The position numbers and the translations under genes were made by a program. The notes below the pieces were generated by a model that saw only the letters and a list, made by a program, of their open reading frames with translations, had not been told where the DNA came from and searched no databases. Below, in pieces: positions 7,891 through 17,295 of a stretch of 48,224 nt of DNA. The first letter of the stretch is position 1. Each line of letters opens with the position of its first letter. Origin of the DNA: Clostridia bacterium (GTDB taxonomy: Bacteria > Bacillota > Clostridia > Christensenellales > UBA1242). The stretch is from positions 1 through 48,224 of the forward strand of contig JAGBBH010000025.1 of NCBI GenBank assembly GCA_017938505.1. The letters run 5' to 3'.

Positions 7891-8727
7891 ATGCATTCAT
7901 GTGAAGGAACAGGAAAAAACATTGAACAAGCAATCAACAATGCATTGCTTGAACTTAAGGCAGCAAGAGAAGATGTTGACATCAAAATTTTAAGTGAAGG
8001 CGGATTTTTAAAGAAGGCAAAAGTTTTGGTTACAATTTCAGCCGATGCTGTTGAAAAATATGAAAAGAGAGAAAAGTTTAAAGAAGAACTTTCAAAAGAA
8101 GAAACAGACGAAGATTTTGCAGAAAACTTTATGAAAAGAAAAATTGAAACTGCAAAAGAAACAGAAGTCAAAGTTGAAGAAAAGGCAGAAGAACCAAAGC
8201 AAGAAAGAAAAATTCAAATTATCACCGATGAAGAATATGTTGCACCTAAAAAAGTTGAATCCGATGAAGTTATTGGAAAATTGACAGGAGAAGAATTTTT
8301 GCAAGGAGTCCTTTCTGCAATGGAATTGCAAGGAGAAATTGAAAAATTAGAAGATGACAGATTTGTTCGTTATGGGCTTACTGGCGAAAACTTGAACGAT
8401 TTAATTGGTTATCACGGAGAGTGTATGCTTGCGCTTTCTCATCTTATGAATGTTGCTTGCAAGAGTGAAAGCAAAAAAAGATTTGTTCTTGATGTTGAGC
8501 ATTACAGAGAAAAAAGAGCAGAGGCACTCACAGACCTTGCAAAAAAGGTTGCGGGCAAGGTTGCAAAAACTGGAAGATATCACAAGTTTGAACCTATGGA
8601 GGCAAGTGAAAGAAAAATCATTCACACAGCACTTCAAGAAGACGACAGAGTTACAACATTGAGCAAGGGGGAAGAACCTCGCAGATATTTGATTGTTTTT
8701 CCAAGAGAATATAGCGAAAGAGATTAA
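7891..8727 (+). CDS. jag: Jag/EloR (KhpB) RNA-binding protein
   Basis: Jag_N (GKNIEQAI..AL.EL), KH (LIGYHGE..AL), R3H (ERKIIH.AL, SKGEEPRR). Confidence 0.93.
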   Translation: MHSCEGTGKNIEQAINNALLELKAAREDVDIKILSEGGFLKKAKVLVTISADAVEKYEKREKFKEELSKEETDEDFAENFMKRKIETAKETEVKVEEKAEEPKQERKIQIITDEEYVAPKKVESDEVIGKLTGEEFLQGVLSAMELQGEIEKLEDDRFVRYGLTGENLNDLIGYHGECMLALSHLMNVACKSESKKRFVLDVEHYREKRAEALTDLAKKVAGKVAKTGRYHKFEPMEASERKIIHTALQEDDRVTTLSKGEEPRRYLIVFPREYSERD

Positions 8728-8736
8728 TAGCAAACA

Positions 8737-8793
8737 AAAACCAATTTAACTTTGAAAGATTTTGAGATTTTTTGAAAGTGAGTTGGTTTTTTT
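8737..8793 (+). terminator. Hairpin/terminator after jag
   Basis: AAAACCAATTTAACTTT...AAAGTGAGTTGGTTTT plus T run. Confidence 0.55.
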
Positions 8794-8883
8794 GTTGTAA
8801 TTTTCACATAAAAAATAACGCTTCAACAAACTTGACATTTTTAAATTCTTGATTTTTTGACATTATGGTGTTATAATAAAAAA

Positions 8884-10218
8884 ATGGAAACGATAGTAAG
8901 TATTTCGACCCCAATTGGCAAGGGGGCAATTTCAGTTGTAAGAATGAGTGGAGAGAAAAGTCTTGACATGGCTTTACGACTTTTTCACGCAAAAAACTTG
9001 AATAAAGAAAATGTTCAACCTAGATATATGTATTTTGGAAAACTTGAACTTGATGAGGGCCTGTTTGAAGAGTGTTTGATGGTTTATTTCAAGAACCCAT
9101 TTTCATATACGGGAGAAGATATTGTTGAGTTTCAAGTGCATGGAGGGGTTCTCCTTGCACAAAAGGTTGTTCAAAGATGTCTTGATGTTGGTGCGAGAAT
9201 GGCGGAAGCGGGAGAGTTCTCAAAGAGAGCATTTCTTAATGGCAAGATAACTCTTGACAAAGCGGAGGCAATCATTGGGGAAATTAATGCAGAAGCTGAG
9301 GGTGAACTTAAGAGCAGTTTGCAAGTTACAAACGGACGCCTGGCACAAGAGATTTTGTCGCAACAAGAAAATCTAAAACTTATGCTTGCGGAAATAGAAG
9401 TTGGAATGGATTATCCTGATGAAGTTGAAGAACTTGGATTGATTTTAAATGTCAAAGAAAAGCTTCAATCAATTTTTCAAAGATTGGAACAAATCATTGC
9501 TTCATCACAAAGTGCGAAATATTTAAAGAATGGCATAAATGTTGCACTTGTGGGAAAGACAAATGTTGGCAAAAGTAGTGTGATGAATTCGTTGCTCGGT
9601 TCTGACCGTGCGATTGTAACGGATATAAAAGGAACAACACGAGATAGCATTACAGAAAGCTTTGAATTTGGTGGAATAAAAATCAACTTGATTGACACTG
9701 CTGGAATCCGTGAAACTGAAGATGTTGTTGAAAGTTTAGGAATTGAAAAAAGCAAACAAACCCTATCAAGTGCAGATGTAATTCTGTTTGTGCTTGACGG
9801 AAGTGAAACTTTGTCAGAAGAGGACAAATTCATTGAAAAACTGGTAAACGACAAGAATGTTTTAAGAGTTGTAAACAAAACAGACAAAAACAGGGTATTA
9901 CCGAAGTTTGATTCTGAAATTGAAATTTCTGCATTGGAAGGAAAAAACATAGACAAGTTAAAGCAAAAAATTGTTGATATGGTAATTTTGCAAGAGATAG
10001 ATTTTAATGCATTGGTTCTTACGAACGAAAGGCAAATTGAGGTTTTGAAATTGGCACAAAGCCAATTGAGGGAAATCTTGCAAACGGAGAACTTGTCATT
10101 AGATGTGTTGTCAATGCTGATAAAAAATGTGTGGAAGTCGCTTGGGAAGATTACGGGCAACACAGAAAACGAAGACATAATTGACCTTATTTTTTCCAAA
10201 TTTTGTCTTGGGAAATAA
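8884..10218 (+). CDS. mnmE: tRNA modification GTPase MnmE
   Basis: TIVSISTP.G.GAI, SYTGED..E...HGG, GKTNVGKSS, GTTRD, DTAG, NKTD, FSKFCLGK. Confidence 0.98.
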   Translation: METIVSISTPIGKGAISVVRMSGEKSLDMALRLFHAKNLNKENVQPRYMYFGKLELDEGLFEECLMVYFKNPFSYTGEDIVEFQVHGGVLLAQKVVQRCLDVGARMAEAGEFSKRAFLNGKITLDKAEAIIGEINAEAEGELKSSLQVTNGRLAQEILSQQENLKLMLAEIEVGMDYPDEVEELGLILNVKEKLQSIFQRLEQIIASSQSAKYLKNGINVALVGKTNVGKSSVMNSLLGSDRAIVTDIKGTTRDSITESFEFGGIKINLIDTAGIRETEDVVESLGIEKSKQTLSSADVILFVLDGSETLSEEDKFIEKLVNDKNVLRVVNKTDKNRVLPKFDSEIEISALEGKNIDKLKQKIVDMVILQEIDFNALVLTNERQIEVLKLAQSQLREILQTENLSLDVLSMLIKNVWKSLGKITGNTENEDIIDLIFSKFCLGK

Positions 10219-10268
10219 GATGTCAAATCGCGTGAGGGTTAGAGAAAAATTATAATTAAGGAAAAAAG

Positions 10269-12125
10269 ATGAAAGAAAATTTTGAAAAGTTTGACACAAT
10301 TGTTGTTGGTGCGGGACATGCAGGTTGTGAGGCAGCATTGGCGTTGGCAAGAACAGGAAACAAGACCCTGCTTTTGACAATAAGTCTTGATGCCATTGCT
10401 TTTTTGGCATGCAACCCATCAATTGGCGGGACTGCAAAAGGACAATTGGTTGCCGAGGTTGATGCCCTTGGCGGAGAAATGGGAATTAATGCAGACAAGA
10501 CTGCAATTCAAATAAGAATGTTGAACAGAGGCAAAGGCCCCGCTGTTCAAAGTTTGCGTGCACAGGCGGACAAAAAGGCTTATCACATTGAAATGAAGAA
10601 AACCCTTGAAAGAGAAGAAAATCTTTTTGTGAGACAGGGAGAAGTTGTTGACATAAAACTTGTTGGTGAGGAAAAAGAAGTTACGACACATCTTGGGCTT
10701 GTTTATCGTGCAAAAAGTGTTGTGTTTGCAACCGGGGTTTATTTAAAGAGTGAAATTATAATCGGACAAAGTAGAGAGGCAACCGGGCCAAATGGATTTA
10801 AAAATGCTTCCAAGCTTTCTGACAGTTTGAGAGGACTTGGAATTGAACTCTTGCGTTTTAAAACCGGAACGCCGGTCAGACTTCACGCAAGAAGCGTGGA
10901 TTGTTCTCAAATGCAATTGCAAGAGGGAGATGAGGATATATATCCATTCTCATATATGTCGGACAAAAAACCTGAAAACAAGACGGTTTGCTATTTGACA
11001 TACACGACGCCTCAAACGCACGAGATAATTAGAAACAACATTGAAAAAGCCCCTGCTGTTTCAGGAGAGATTAAAGGAATTGGTCCTCGTTATTGTCCAT
11101 CAATAGAAACGAAGGTTGTTAGATTTGCAGACAAAGAAAGACATCAACTTTTCTTGGAACCAGAAGCACTTGACACACAAGAAATGTATTTGCAAGGGTT
11201 TAGCACTTCAATGCCTGCTGACATTCAAAAAGATATGGTTCGTTCTGTGATAGGAATGGAAAAAGCGGAAATTATGAGAGATGCTTATGCTATCGAATAT
11301 GATTGCATTGAACCAACTCAATTGAAGCCAACATTAGAGTTAAAGTCGGTAAAGGGTTTGTTTTTTGCTGGGCAAATTAACGGAACTAGTGGATATGAAG
11401 AGGCTGCGGCACAAGGAATAATTGCAGGAATCAATGCTAACTTATATAACAAAGGGAAAGAACAACTTGTTTTAAAGAGAAGTGATGCATATATTGGCGT
11501 GCTTATTGACGACATTGTAACGAAAGGAACAAACGAACCCTATAGAATGATGACGAGCCGTGCTGAATATAGACTTTTGTTAAGGCAAGACAATGCGGAT
11601 TTAAGATTAACCGAAATAGGTAGAAGAGTTGGCTTAGTAAATGATGAAAGGTATGCTCGCTTTGTTGAAAAACAGAAAAAACTTCAAGAGATTGAAGAAG
11701 TTTTGCAACAAAAAGTAAAGGTTGATGAAACATTGAAAAGGCTTTGTGAAGAAAATGGTGAAAATCTACCTAGAGAAAGTATGAAAATTCACGACCTTAT
11801 GAGAAGAAACAATTTGGACATTTTTAAATTCGCAAAAGCTTATAATTTGTTTGCTGGCATTGACAAAACTTTGCTTGATGTTGTAAATACAAAAGTCAAA
11901 TATGAGGGGTATTTACAACAACAGGAAGATGATGTTAAAAAGATGTTGGCAAACGAAAAGGTATTAATACCGATAGATTTTGACTATGCTGCTCAGAGAG
12001 GATTGAGAACGGAAGCGATTGAAAAACTGAGTAAAATAAGACCATTAAATTTAGGACAGGCTTCAAGAATTTCAGGAGTGTCCCCTGCCGACATATCTGT
12101 TCTTTCAATTCTAATAAAAAAATAA
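10269..12125 (+). CDS. mnmG: tRNA uridine 5-carboxymethylaminomethyl modification enzyme MnmG
   Basis: VGAGHAGCEAA, CNPSIGG, GPRYCPSIE, GQINGTSGYEEAAAQG. Confidence 0.98.
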   Translation: MKENFEKFDTIVVGAGHAGCEAALALARTGNKTLLLTISLDAIAFLACNPSIGGTAKGQLVAEVDALGGEMGINADKTAIQIRMLNRGKGPAVQSLRAQADKKAYHIEMKKTLEREENLFVRQGEVVDIKLVGEEKEVTTHLGLVYRAKSVVFATGVYLKSEIIIGQSREATGPNGFKNASKLSDSLRGLGIELLRFKTGTPVRLHARSVDCSQMQLQEGDEDIYPFSYMSDKKPENKTVCYLTYTTPQTHEIIRNNIEKAPAVSGEIKGIGPRYCPSIETKVVRFADKERHQLFLEPEALDTQEMYLQGFSTSMPADIQKDMVRSVIGMEKAEIMRDAYAIEYDCIEPTQLKPTLELKSVKGLFFAGQINGTSGYEEAAAQGIIAGINANLYNKGKEQLVLKRSDAYIGVLIDDIVTKGTNEPYRMMTSRAEYRLLLRQDNADLRLTEIGRRVGLVNDERYARFVEKQKKLQEIEEVLQQKVKVDETLKRLCEENGENLPRESMKIHDLMRRNNLDIFKFAKAYNLFAGIDKTLLDVVNTKVKYEGYLQQQEDDVKKMLANEKVLIPIDFDYAAQRGLRTEAIEKLSKIRPLNLGQASRISGVSPADISVLSILIKK

Positions 12126-12136
12126 AAGGGGTTAAA

Positions 12137-12835
12137 ATGAAAAATCTAAAAACAATATTTGAAAAATATGGAATTGGTTTAGATGAGTTGCAAGAAAAGA
12201 ATTTTTGCAGATATTTTAACCATATGGTTGAAACGAACAAGTTTTTAAATCTGACAGCCATAACAGAGGAAGATGAAGTTGTTGTCAAACATTTTTTGGA
12301 CAGTGTTTTGCCGAAAAACCTATTTAAAGACGGTGCAACGGTAATTGATGTTGGAAGTGGTGCGGGTTTTCCTGCATTGCCATTAAAGATTGTTCGTAAT
12401 GATTTGCAAATTTGTATGTTGGACAGTTTGAATAAAAGGGTTAATTTTTTAAACGAGGTAGTTGAAAAGTTGCGACTTAAAAATATTTTTGCAGTCCATT
12501 CCAGAGCAGAAGATTATGCAAAGACAAAAAGAGAAAGTTTTGATGTGGCAACTGCGAGGGCTGTGGCGAGTCTTGATACGCTTGTCGAGTATTTACTCCC
12601 TTTTGTAAAGATTGGGGGCTGTGCAATAATTTACAAGGCAGCAAAGTTGGCAGAAGAACTTGGGTTGGCAAAAAAAGCAATCGAAATACTTGGAGGAAAA
12701 ATTGACAAGATTGTAAATTTCAAAATAGAAGAAAATGATATTGAGAGAAATGTTCTTGTGATAAAAAAAATCAAGCAAACTCCTGTCAAATATCCTAGAG
12801 GAAAGAATCTCCCAAAGACGACTCCAATAAAATAA
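12137..12835 (+). CDS. rsmG: 16S rRNA m7G527 methyltransferase RsmG
   Basis: NLTAI, KHFLDS, DVGSGAGFP, ARAVA, YPR; synteny with mnmG. Confidence 0.97.
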   Translation: MKNLKTIFEKYGIGLDELQEKNFCRYFNHMVETNKFLNLTAITEEDEVVVKHFLDSVLPKNLFKDGATVIDVGSGAGFPALPLKIVRNDLQICMLDSLNKRVNFLNEVVEKLRLKNIFAVHSRAEDYAKTKRESFDVATARAVASLDTLVEYLLPFVKIGGCAIIYKAAKLAEELGLAKKAIEILGGKIDKIVNFKIEENDIERNVLVIKKIKQTPVKYPRGKNLPKTTPIK

Positions 12836-12908
12836 GCAAATATGTTTGCAACCAATTTAAAAACCACAAAAAATTTAACATAAATTGGTTTTTTGATTAA
12901 AGATTATA

Positions 12909-12946
12909 AAAAAATAAGCAAAAAGTTATAAAATTGCTTATTTTTT
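12909..12946 (+). terminator. Inverted repeat, probable terminator between rsmG and parA
   Basis: AAAAAATAAGCAA...TTGCTTATTTTTT followed by T-rich sequence. Confidence 0.55.
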
Positions 12947-12995
12947 CTTTATTTTTTTTTAAAATTTATGTATAATTTAACAAAGGAATAGGTGT

Positions 12996-13823
12996 ATGGG
13001 AAAAATTATTGCATTTGCCAACCAAAAGGGTGGCGTTGGAAAAACTACAACTTGTGTGAATGTAGCAACCTATATGGCACTTATGGACAAAAAAGTGCTG
13101 GTTCTTGATTTGGACCCTCAAGGAAATGCGACAACGGCAGTTGGAATCGAAAAAACAAAAGATTTGCTTACAATTTATGACCTAATTGGTGGTGAGTGTG
13201 CTTATGATGAGGTCATTAAGCCAACCATTATAGACAATCTTTATATAATTCCATCAACAATTGACCTTTCAGGTGCTGATGTTGAGTTAATTCAGATGCC
13301 TCAGAGAGAAAAAATCATTAAAAGAATTCTTGATGAGATAAAAGAAAGTTATGATTTCATACTTATTGACTGTCCTCCATCGTTGAATTTAATAACGGTC
13401 AACGCTTTAACTGCTTCTGACAGCGTGTTGATTCCAATTCAATGTGAATTCTTTGCGTTGGAAGGGTTGGCTCAGTTGATGAACACAATTAGGTTGATTA
13501 AACAACACCTCAATGCAGATTTGGATATTGAGGGTGTTGTAATGACAATGAAAGAAAAAAGATATAATCTCACTAATCAGGTTGCCAATGAAGTTATAAA
13601 ACTTTTTAACACAAAGGTGTATCTTACAACAATTCCAAGAAATGTAAGGTTGGCAGAGGCTCCAAGTCATGGCTTGCCAATTGCTCTTTACGATGCAAAT
13701 TCCAAGGGTGCAGAAGCATATTTGAGTTTGGCGGAAGAGATTATGAAAAGGAATAAAATTCCTTTTAAGAAGATTTCTAAGTTGAGAAAGATAAAGTTTA
13801 AGGGAGGAAACAATGATGAGTAG
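12996..13823 (+). CDS. parA: ParA/Soj ATPase
   Basis: NQKGGVGKTTT, DLDPQGNAT, DCPPSL, IPRNVRLAEAPS. Confidence 0.97.
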   Translation: MGKIIAFANQKGGVGKTTTCVNVATYMALMDKKVLVLDLDPQGNATTAVGIEKTKDLLTIYDLIGGECAYDEVIKPTIIDNLYIIPSTIDLSGADVELIQMPQREKIIKRILDEIKESYDFILIDCPPSLNLITVNALTASDSVLIPIQCEFFALEGLAQLMNTIRLIKQHLNADLDIEGVVMTMKEKRYNLTNQVANEVIKLFNTKVYLTTIPRNVRLAEAPSHGLPIALYDANSKGAEAYLSLAEEIMKRNKIPFKKISKLRKIKFKGGNNDE

Positions 13824-14751
13824 TAAAGGTCTTGGTCGAGGTCTTGAGGCGTTATTTGGAATATATAAAGAAGACGATAGTAATAAAAACATAACTACAC
13901 AAACAAAAGAAAGTTCTGGGGTTTTGCAAATTGATATAACAAAAATCAAACCAAATCCCAACCAACCAAGAAAGATTTTTGACGAAGAAGCATTGAAGGA
14001 TTTGGCGGCATCTATCAAAGTCCACGGAATTGTTCAGCCTATTGTGTTGAACAAAAGTAGCAATGGCGAATATCTTATCATTGCTGGAGAGAGAAGGTGG
14101 CGTGCGGCGAACTTGTGCGGTCTAAAAACTGTTCCTGCAGTAGTTAATAATTACACAGAAAAGCAAATCAAAGAAATAAGTATCATTGAAAACCTTCAAA
14201 GAGAAGATTTGAATCCTGTTGAGGCTGCAAGGGCGATTAAAGAGTTGATGGAAGAATACCAATTAACTCAAGAAACGGTTTCTGAGAGAATTGGAAAAAG
14301 TCGTTCCAATGTGGCGAATACATTGAGATTGCTCACTCTTGACCCTACAGTTTTAAATTTGGTGGAAAATGGGAAGGTTTCCGCAGGTCATGCGAGATGC
14401 TTGGTTGTTGTAGAAGATGTTAATCAACAGATTAAGATGGCGCAACTTGTCGCAACAAAAAATTTAAGTGTGCGCGACCTTGAAAAGATGGTAAAAAACT
14501 ACACAAATCCAACAAAAAAGGTTGTTGTCAAGTCAGAACAGTCTTTAGAGCTTAAAGAATTAATAAATCAGATGCAAAAAACATTTGCAACAAAGGTTTC
14601 GGCAATTGGAAATGATTCAAAAGGAAGAATATATATAGATTACTATACTAGAGATGACTTGGATAGAATTGCAGAACTTTTAGAGTTATTAAATAAAAAG
14701 GAAATGACCTTGCAAGACTTGCAAAATTACAATAAAAGAAAAGGCGTTTAG
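13813..14751 (+). CDS. parB: ParB/Spo0J chromosome partitioning protein
   Basis: GLGRGLEAL, PNQPRK, IIAGERRWRA, IENLQREDLNPVE. Confidence 0.97.
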   Translation: MMSSKGLGRGLEALFGIYKEDDSNKNITTQTKESSGVLQIDITKIKPNPNQPRKIFDEEALKDLAASIKVHGIVQPIVLNKSSNGEYLIIAGERRWRAANLCGLKTVPAVVNNYTEKQIKEISIIENLQREDLNPVEAARAIKELMEEYQLTQETVSERIGKSRSNVANTLRLLTLDPTVLNLVENGKVSAGHARCLVVVEDVNQQIKMAQLVATKNLSVRDLEKMVKNYTNPTKKVVVKSEQSLELKELINQMQKTFATKVSAIGNDSKGRIYIDYYTRDDLDRIAELLELLNKKEMTLQDLQNYNKRKGV

Positions 14752-14761
14752 AGGAAAAGAA

Positions 14762-14777
14762 TGTTTCACGTGAAACA
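14762..14777. promoter_or_regulatory. parS site 1
   Basis: Perfect TGTTTCACGTGAAACA. Confidence 0.95.
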
Positions 14778-14909
14778 TTCTTTTTTTGTTTATATTTTGT
14801 TTGATATATATTGATTAAGCATATTGCTGGTATAGTCGCTTGCAAACTGTCAAAAAATTACCAATTCAGAATGGCGCAAACAAATATTGATGAATTTTTG
14901 CAATAAAAA

Positions 14910-14925
14910 TGTTTCACGTGAAACA
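14910..14925. promoter_or_regulatory. parS site 2
   Basis: Perfect TGTTTCACGTGAAACA. Confidence 0.95.
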
Positions 14926-15059
14926 ATTCTGAATATTAATTAATGCGAATATATAATTATATGTTAATGATATAAAATGTGTTTATGTTTATGAAATAAA
15001 TAAAGTGTCAAATTAAACAATTAAAATATGGGTATCAATATATTATAGTAGCGGCAAAA

Positions 15060-15075
15060 TGTTTCACGTGAAACA
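15060..15075. promoter_or_regulatory. parS site 3
   Basis: Perfect TGTTTCACGTGAAACA. Confidence 0.95.
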
Positions 15076-15294
15076 TTTTTACTTGGAAATGGTTTGTGTT
15101 AACAAATTGTCTTAAAATAGAGAGTTGGGTGTAAAAAACAATCAAAAATGGCAAGGTGCTAGACAAAATGTGTTGAAAAATAGCATTGTTTGCCCGATTG
15201 CTGTTTTTTAAATTTGATTATAAATATTAAGAAAAAAGTTGACAGTTAATGGTTTAAAAATGGTATAATATATACGAAACTGTAAGGAGGTTTT

Positions 15295-15837
15295 ATGAAA
15301 GAATTAAAAGGAACAAAAACAGAAAAAAATTTAATGGAAGCGTTTGCTGGGGAAAGTCAAGCTAGAAACAAATACACTTACTATGCTTCAAAGGCAAAGA
15401 AAGATGGATATGAACAAATCGCTGCAATTTTTACAGAAACAGCTGACAATGAAAAAGAACATGCAAAAATGTGGTTTAAAGAACTTCACGGCGGTTCAGT
15501 GCCAGATACATTGACAAACCTTTTTGATGCAGCTGCTGGAGAAAGAGGCGAATGGACAGAAATGTATAAAAGAATGGCTGAAGAAGCAAGAGAAGAAGGA
15601 TTCGAAGCAATAGCAAAGAAATTTGAAGGTGTTGCGGCGATTGAAAAAAGACATGAAGAAAGATATAACAAACTTGCGGAACTTGTAAAAGAGGGAAAAG
15701 TGTTTGTTAAGTCAGAAAAAAAGATGTGGATTTGCAGAAATTGTGGACACATTCATGTTGGTGATGTTGCACCTGAAGTATGTCCAGTATGCGTTCATCC
15801 AAAAGCATATTTCCAAATTCTTACTGAAGAATTTTAA
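15295..15837 (+). CDS. rbr: Rubrerythrin
   Basis: AFAGESQARNKY, EKEHA, EKRHEERY, C-terminal CRNCG...CPVC rubredoxin site. Confidence 0.96.
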   Translation: MKELKGTKTEKNLMEAFAGESQARNKYTYYASKAKKDGYEQIAAIFTETADNEKEHAKMWFKELHGGSVPDTLTNLFDAAAGERGEWTEMYKRMAEEAREEGFEAIAKKFEGVAAIEKRHEERYNKLAELVKEGKVFVKSEKKMWICRNCGHIHVGDVAPEVCPVCVHPKAYFQILTEEF

Positions 15838-16013
15838 TTGGTGTATGTTTAAATATCTCTTTAAAATAAGAAATTAAGTTATATTATCATAACAATATTT
15901 CAAAATAAGCGATTAATAAAAAAATATTAAAAAAGAAAGAATAACTGTTGACAAGGAAGTTTAAAATATGTTAATATATAAGCACCAAGGTTAATTTCCT
16001 TGTTAACATATAT

Positions 16014-16104
16014 GCAGAGATACTCAAGAGGTCGAAGAGGCTCCCCTGCTAAGGGAGTAGGGTTGTAACAGGCCGCGAGGGTTCGAATCCCTCTCTCTGC
16101 GCCA
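16014..16104 (+). tRNA. tRNA-Ser (GCT)
   Basis: Acceptor GCAGAGA/TCTCTGC, anticodon arm CTCCC-CTGCTAA-GGGAG, long variable arm, GGTTCGAATCC, G73-CCA. Upstream TTGACA at 15948. Confidence 0.95.
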
Positions 16105-16111
16105 TATTTTT

Positions 16112-16140
16112 GAAGCACTTGTCAATTCAGGTGTTTTTTT
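16112..16140 (+). terminator. Terminator after tRNA-Ser
   Basis: GAAGCACTTG...CAGGTGTTTT hairpin plus T run. Confidence 0.65.
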
Positions 16141-16841
16141 ATTGCCAATATTAGACAATGAGTTGAATTGATAATTTATTTATATCAGAATTATGAAAGA
16201 ATTAAATAATAGTAAAAAGATAACGCGAAAATATGTGTATATTATATTATTAAATAGATTATAGCATTTATATACTTAAAATTATTAATAAACAAAAAAA
16301 TTAAAGAAAAATATGGTCAACGACCAAGAGTTGTGTGAAATAAAGTTTTATCTGAAAAAGTGATGGTTTAAAGAAAAGGCGAAACAAGTTAAAATGTTGG
16401 AGTGTTTCATTTGAAGAATAAAAATAAAGTTAATAATAAATTATGGTTAAGAGAGAAGTGAACGATTATTGAAAGAAAATAATGTATGAGTTTGAATTAT
16501 GGGTTGTATTAAAATAAAATAGAAAGAAGAATATAATAATATTAATTTTAAATTACAATAAATATGTAAAAAACATATAAATTTCCTTAAAAATATCCAC
16601 ACAAACTAAGTAAAAATCAATATTTTGTTATTTAGTGATGCAAAAATGGGTGGGTTTGCAATATTATACAAAATATCACAAAACCCCATACAAAAAAAAT
16701 AAATTAATTATTAATAAATAAATTTGCTATGAAAATTATCAAAAATATGTTATAATAATTATGGAAACATATCCACAATAATGAACATTTTTGCAAGCAA
16801 TATGCTTGTGCTATATATTTTCAAAAGAGAGGTTTAATAGT

Positions 16842-17174
16842 ATGAAAAATGTAAAAATTGATTTTTACGCATTAGATAATAAAGACTGGGATTGTTTAGG
16901 AGAAAAAATTAATAGATTTCTTCCTCCTGCATATTCTAAAAAACCAGAAGATGTAAAAATTTATAAAAGACGAGATGGAGAAGTTGGTGCGGAAATGGTC
17001 TTTGTTTCTGCTGCTACGGGAAGTTGTAGGGTTGTTAGACTTTACCAAGAGAGCGCATCGATATTTGTTAATGGTTGTCCAATATGTGGTTGTGATAATG
17101 TTAAAAATGAAATTGAAGAAGTATGGAATAATTTTAAATTGTCAAAATTGGCTTTAGAAAATAGTGTTATGTAA
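16842..17174 (+). CDS. Hypothetical protein
   Basis: AGAGG RBS before ATG 16842; contains GCPICGC. Confidence 0.65.
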   Translation: MKNVKIDFYALDNKDWDCLGEKINRFLPPAYSKKPEDVKIYKRRDGEVGAEMVFVSAATGSCRVVRLYQESASIFVNGCPICGCDNVKNEIEEVWNNFKLSKLALENSVM

Positions 17175-17295
17175 AAATATTCTTTGTTTTGATATTTTTT
17201 GATATATTCTTAAGTTGATCGGAATATTGTAATGGAATTGACAAATGTCTAAAATTGTTTTATAATAAATTATATATTGAATTATGGAGGTAGGT

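Noticed and set aside
7761-8171. N-terminal extension of cmk (321-aa ORF) and TTG-start extensions of jag and mnmE
   Set aside because: Antisense to jag or running through promoter DNA; homology motifs start at 7760, 7891 and 8884.
9640-14100. Arginine-codon reassignment or fully established genetic code 4
   Set aside because: CGA encodes conserved Arg in MnmE GTTRD and ParB GLGRGL, AGG does so in GERRWRA, and conserved genes have no internal TGA.
14762-15075. CRISPR-like array
   Set aside because: Repeats are 16-bp canonical parS palindromes with ~133-bp spacers next to parB; no cas genes.
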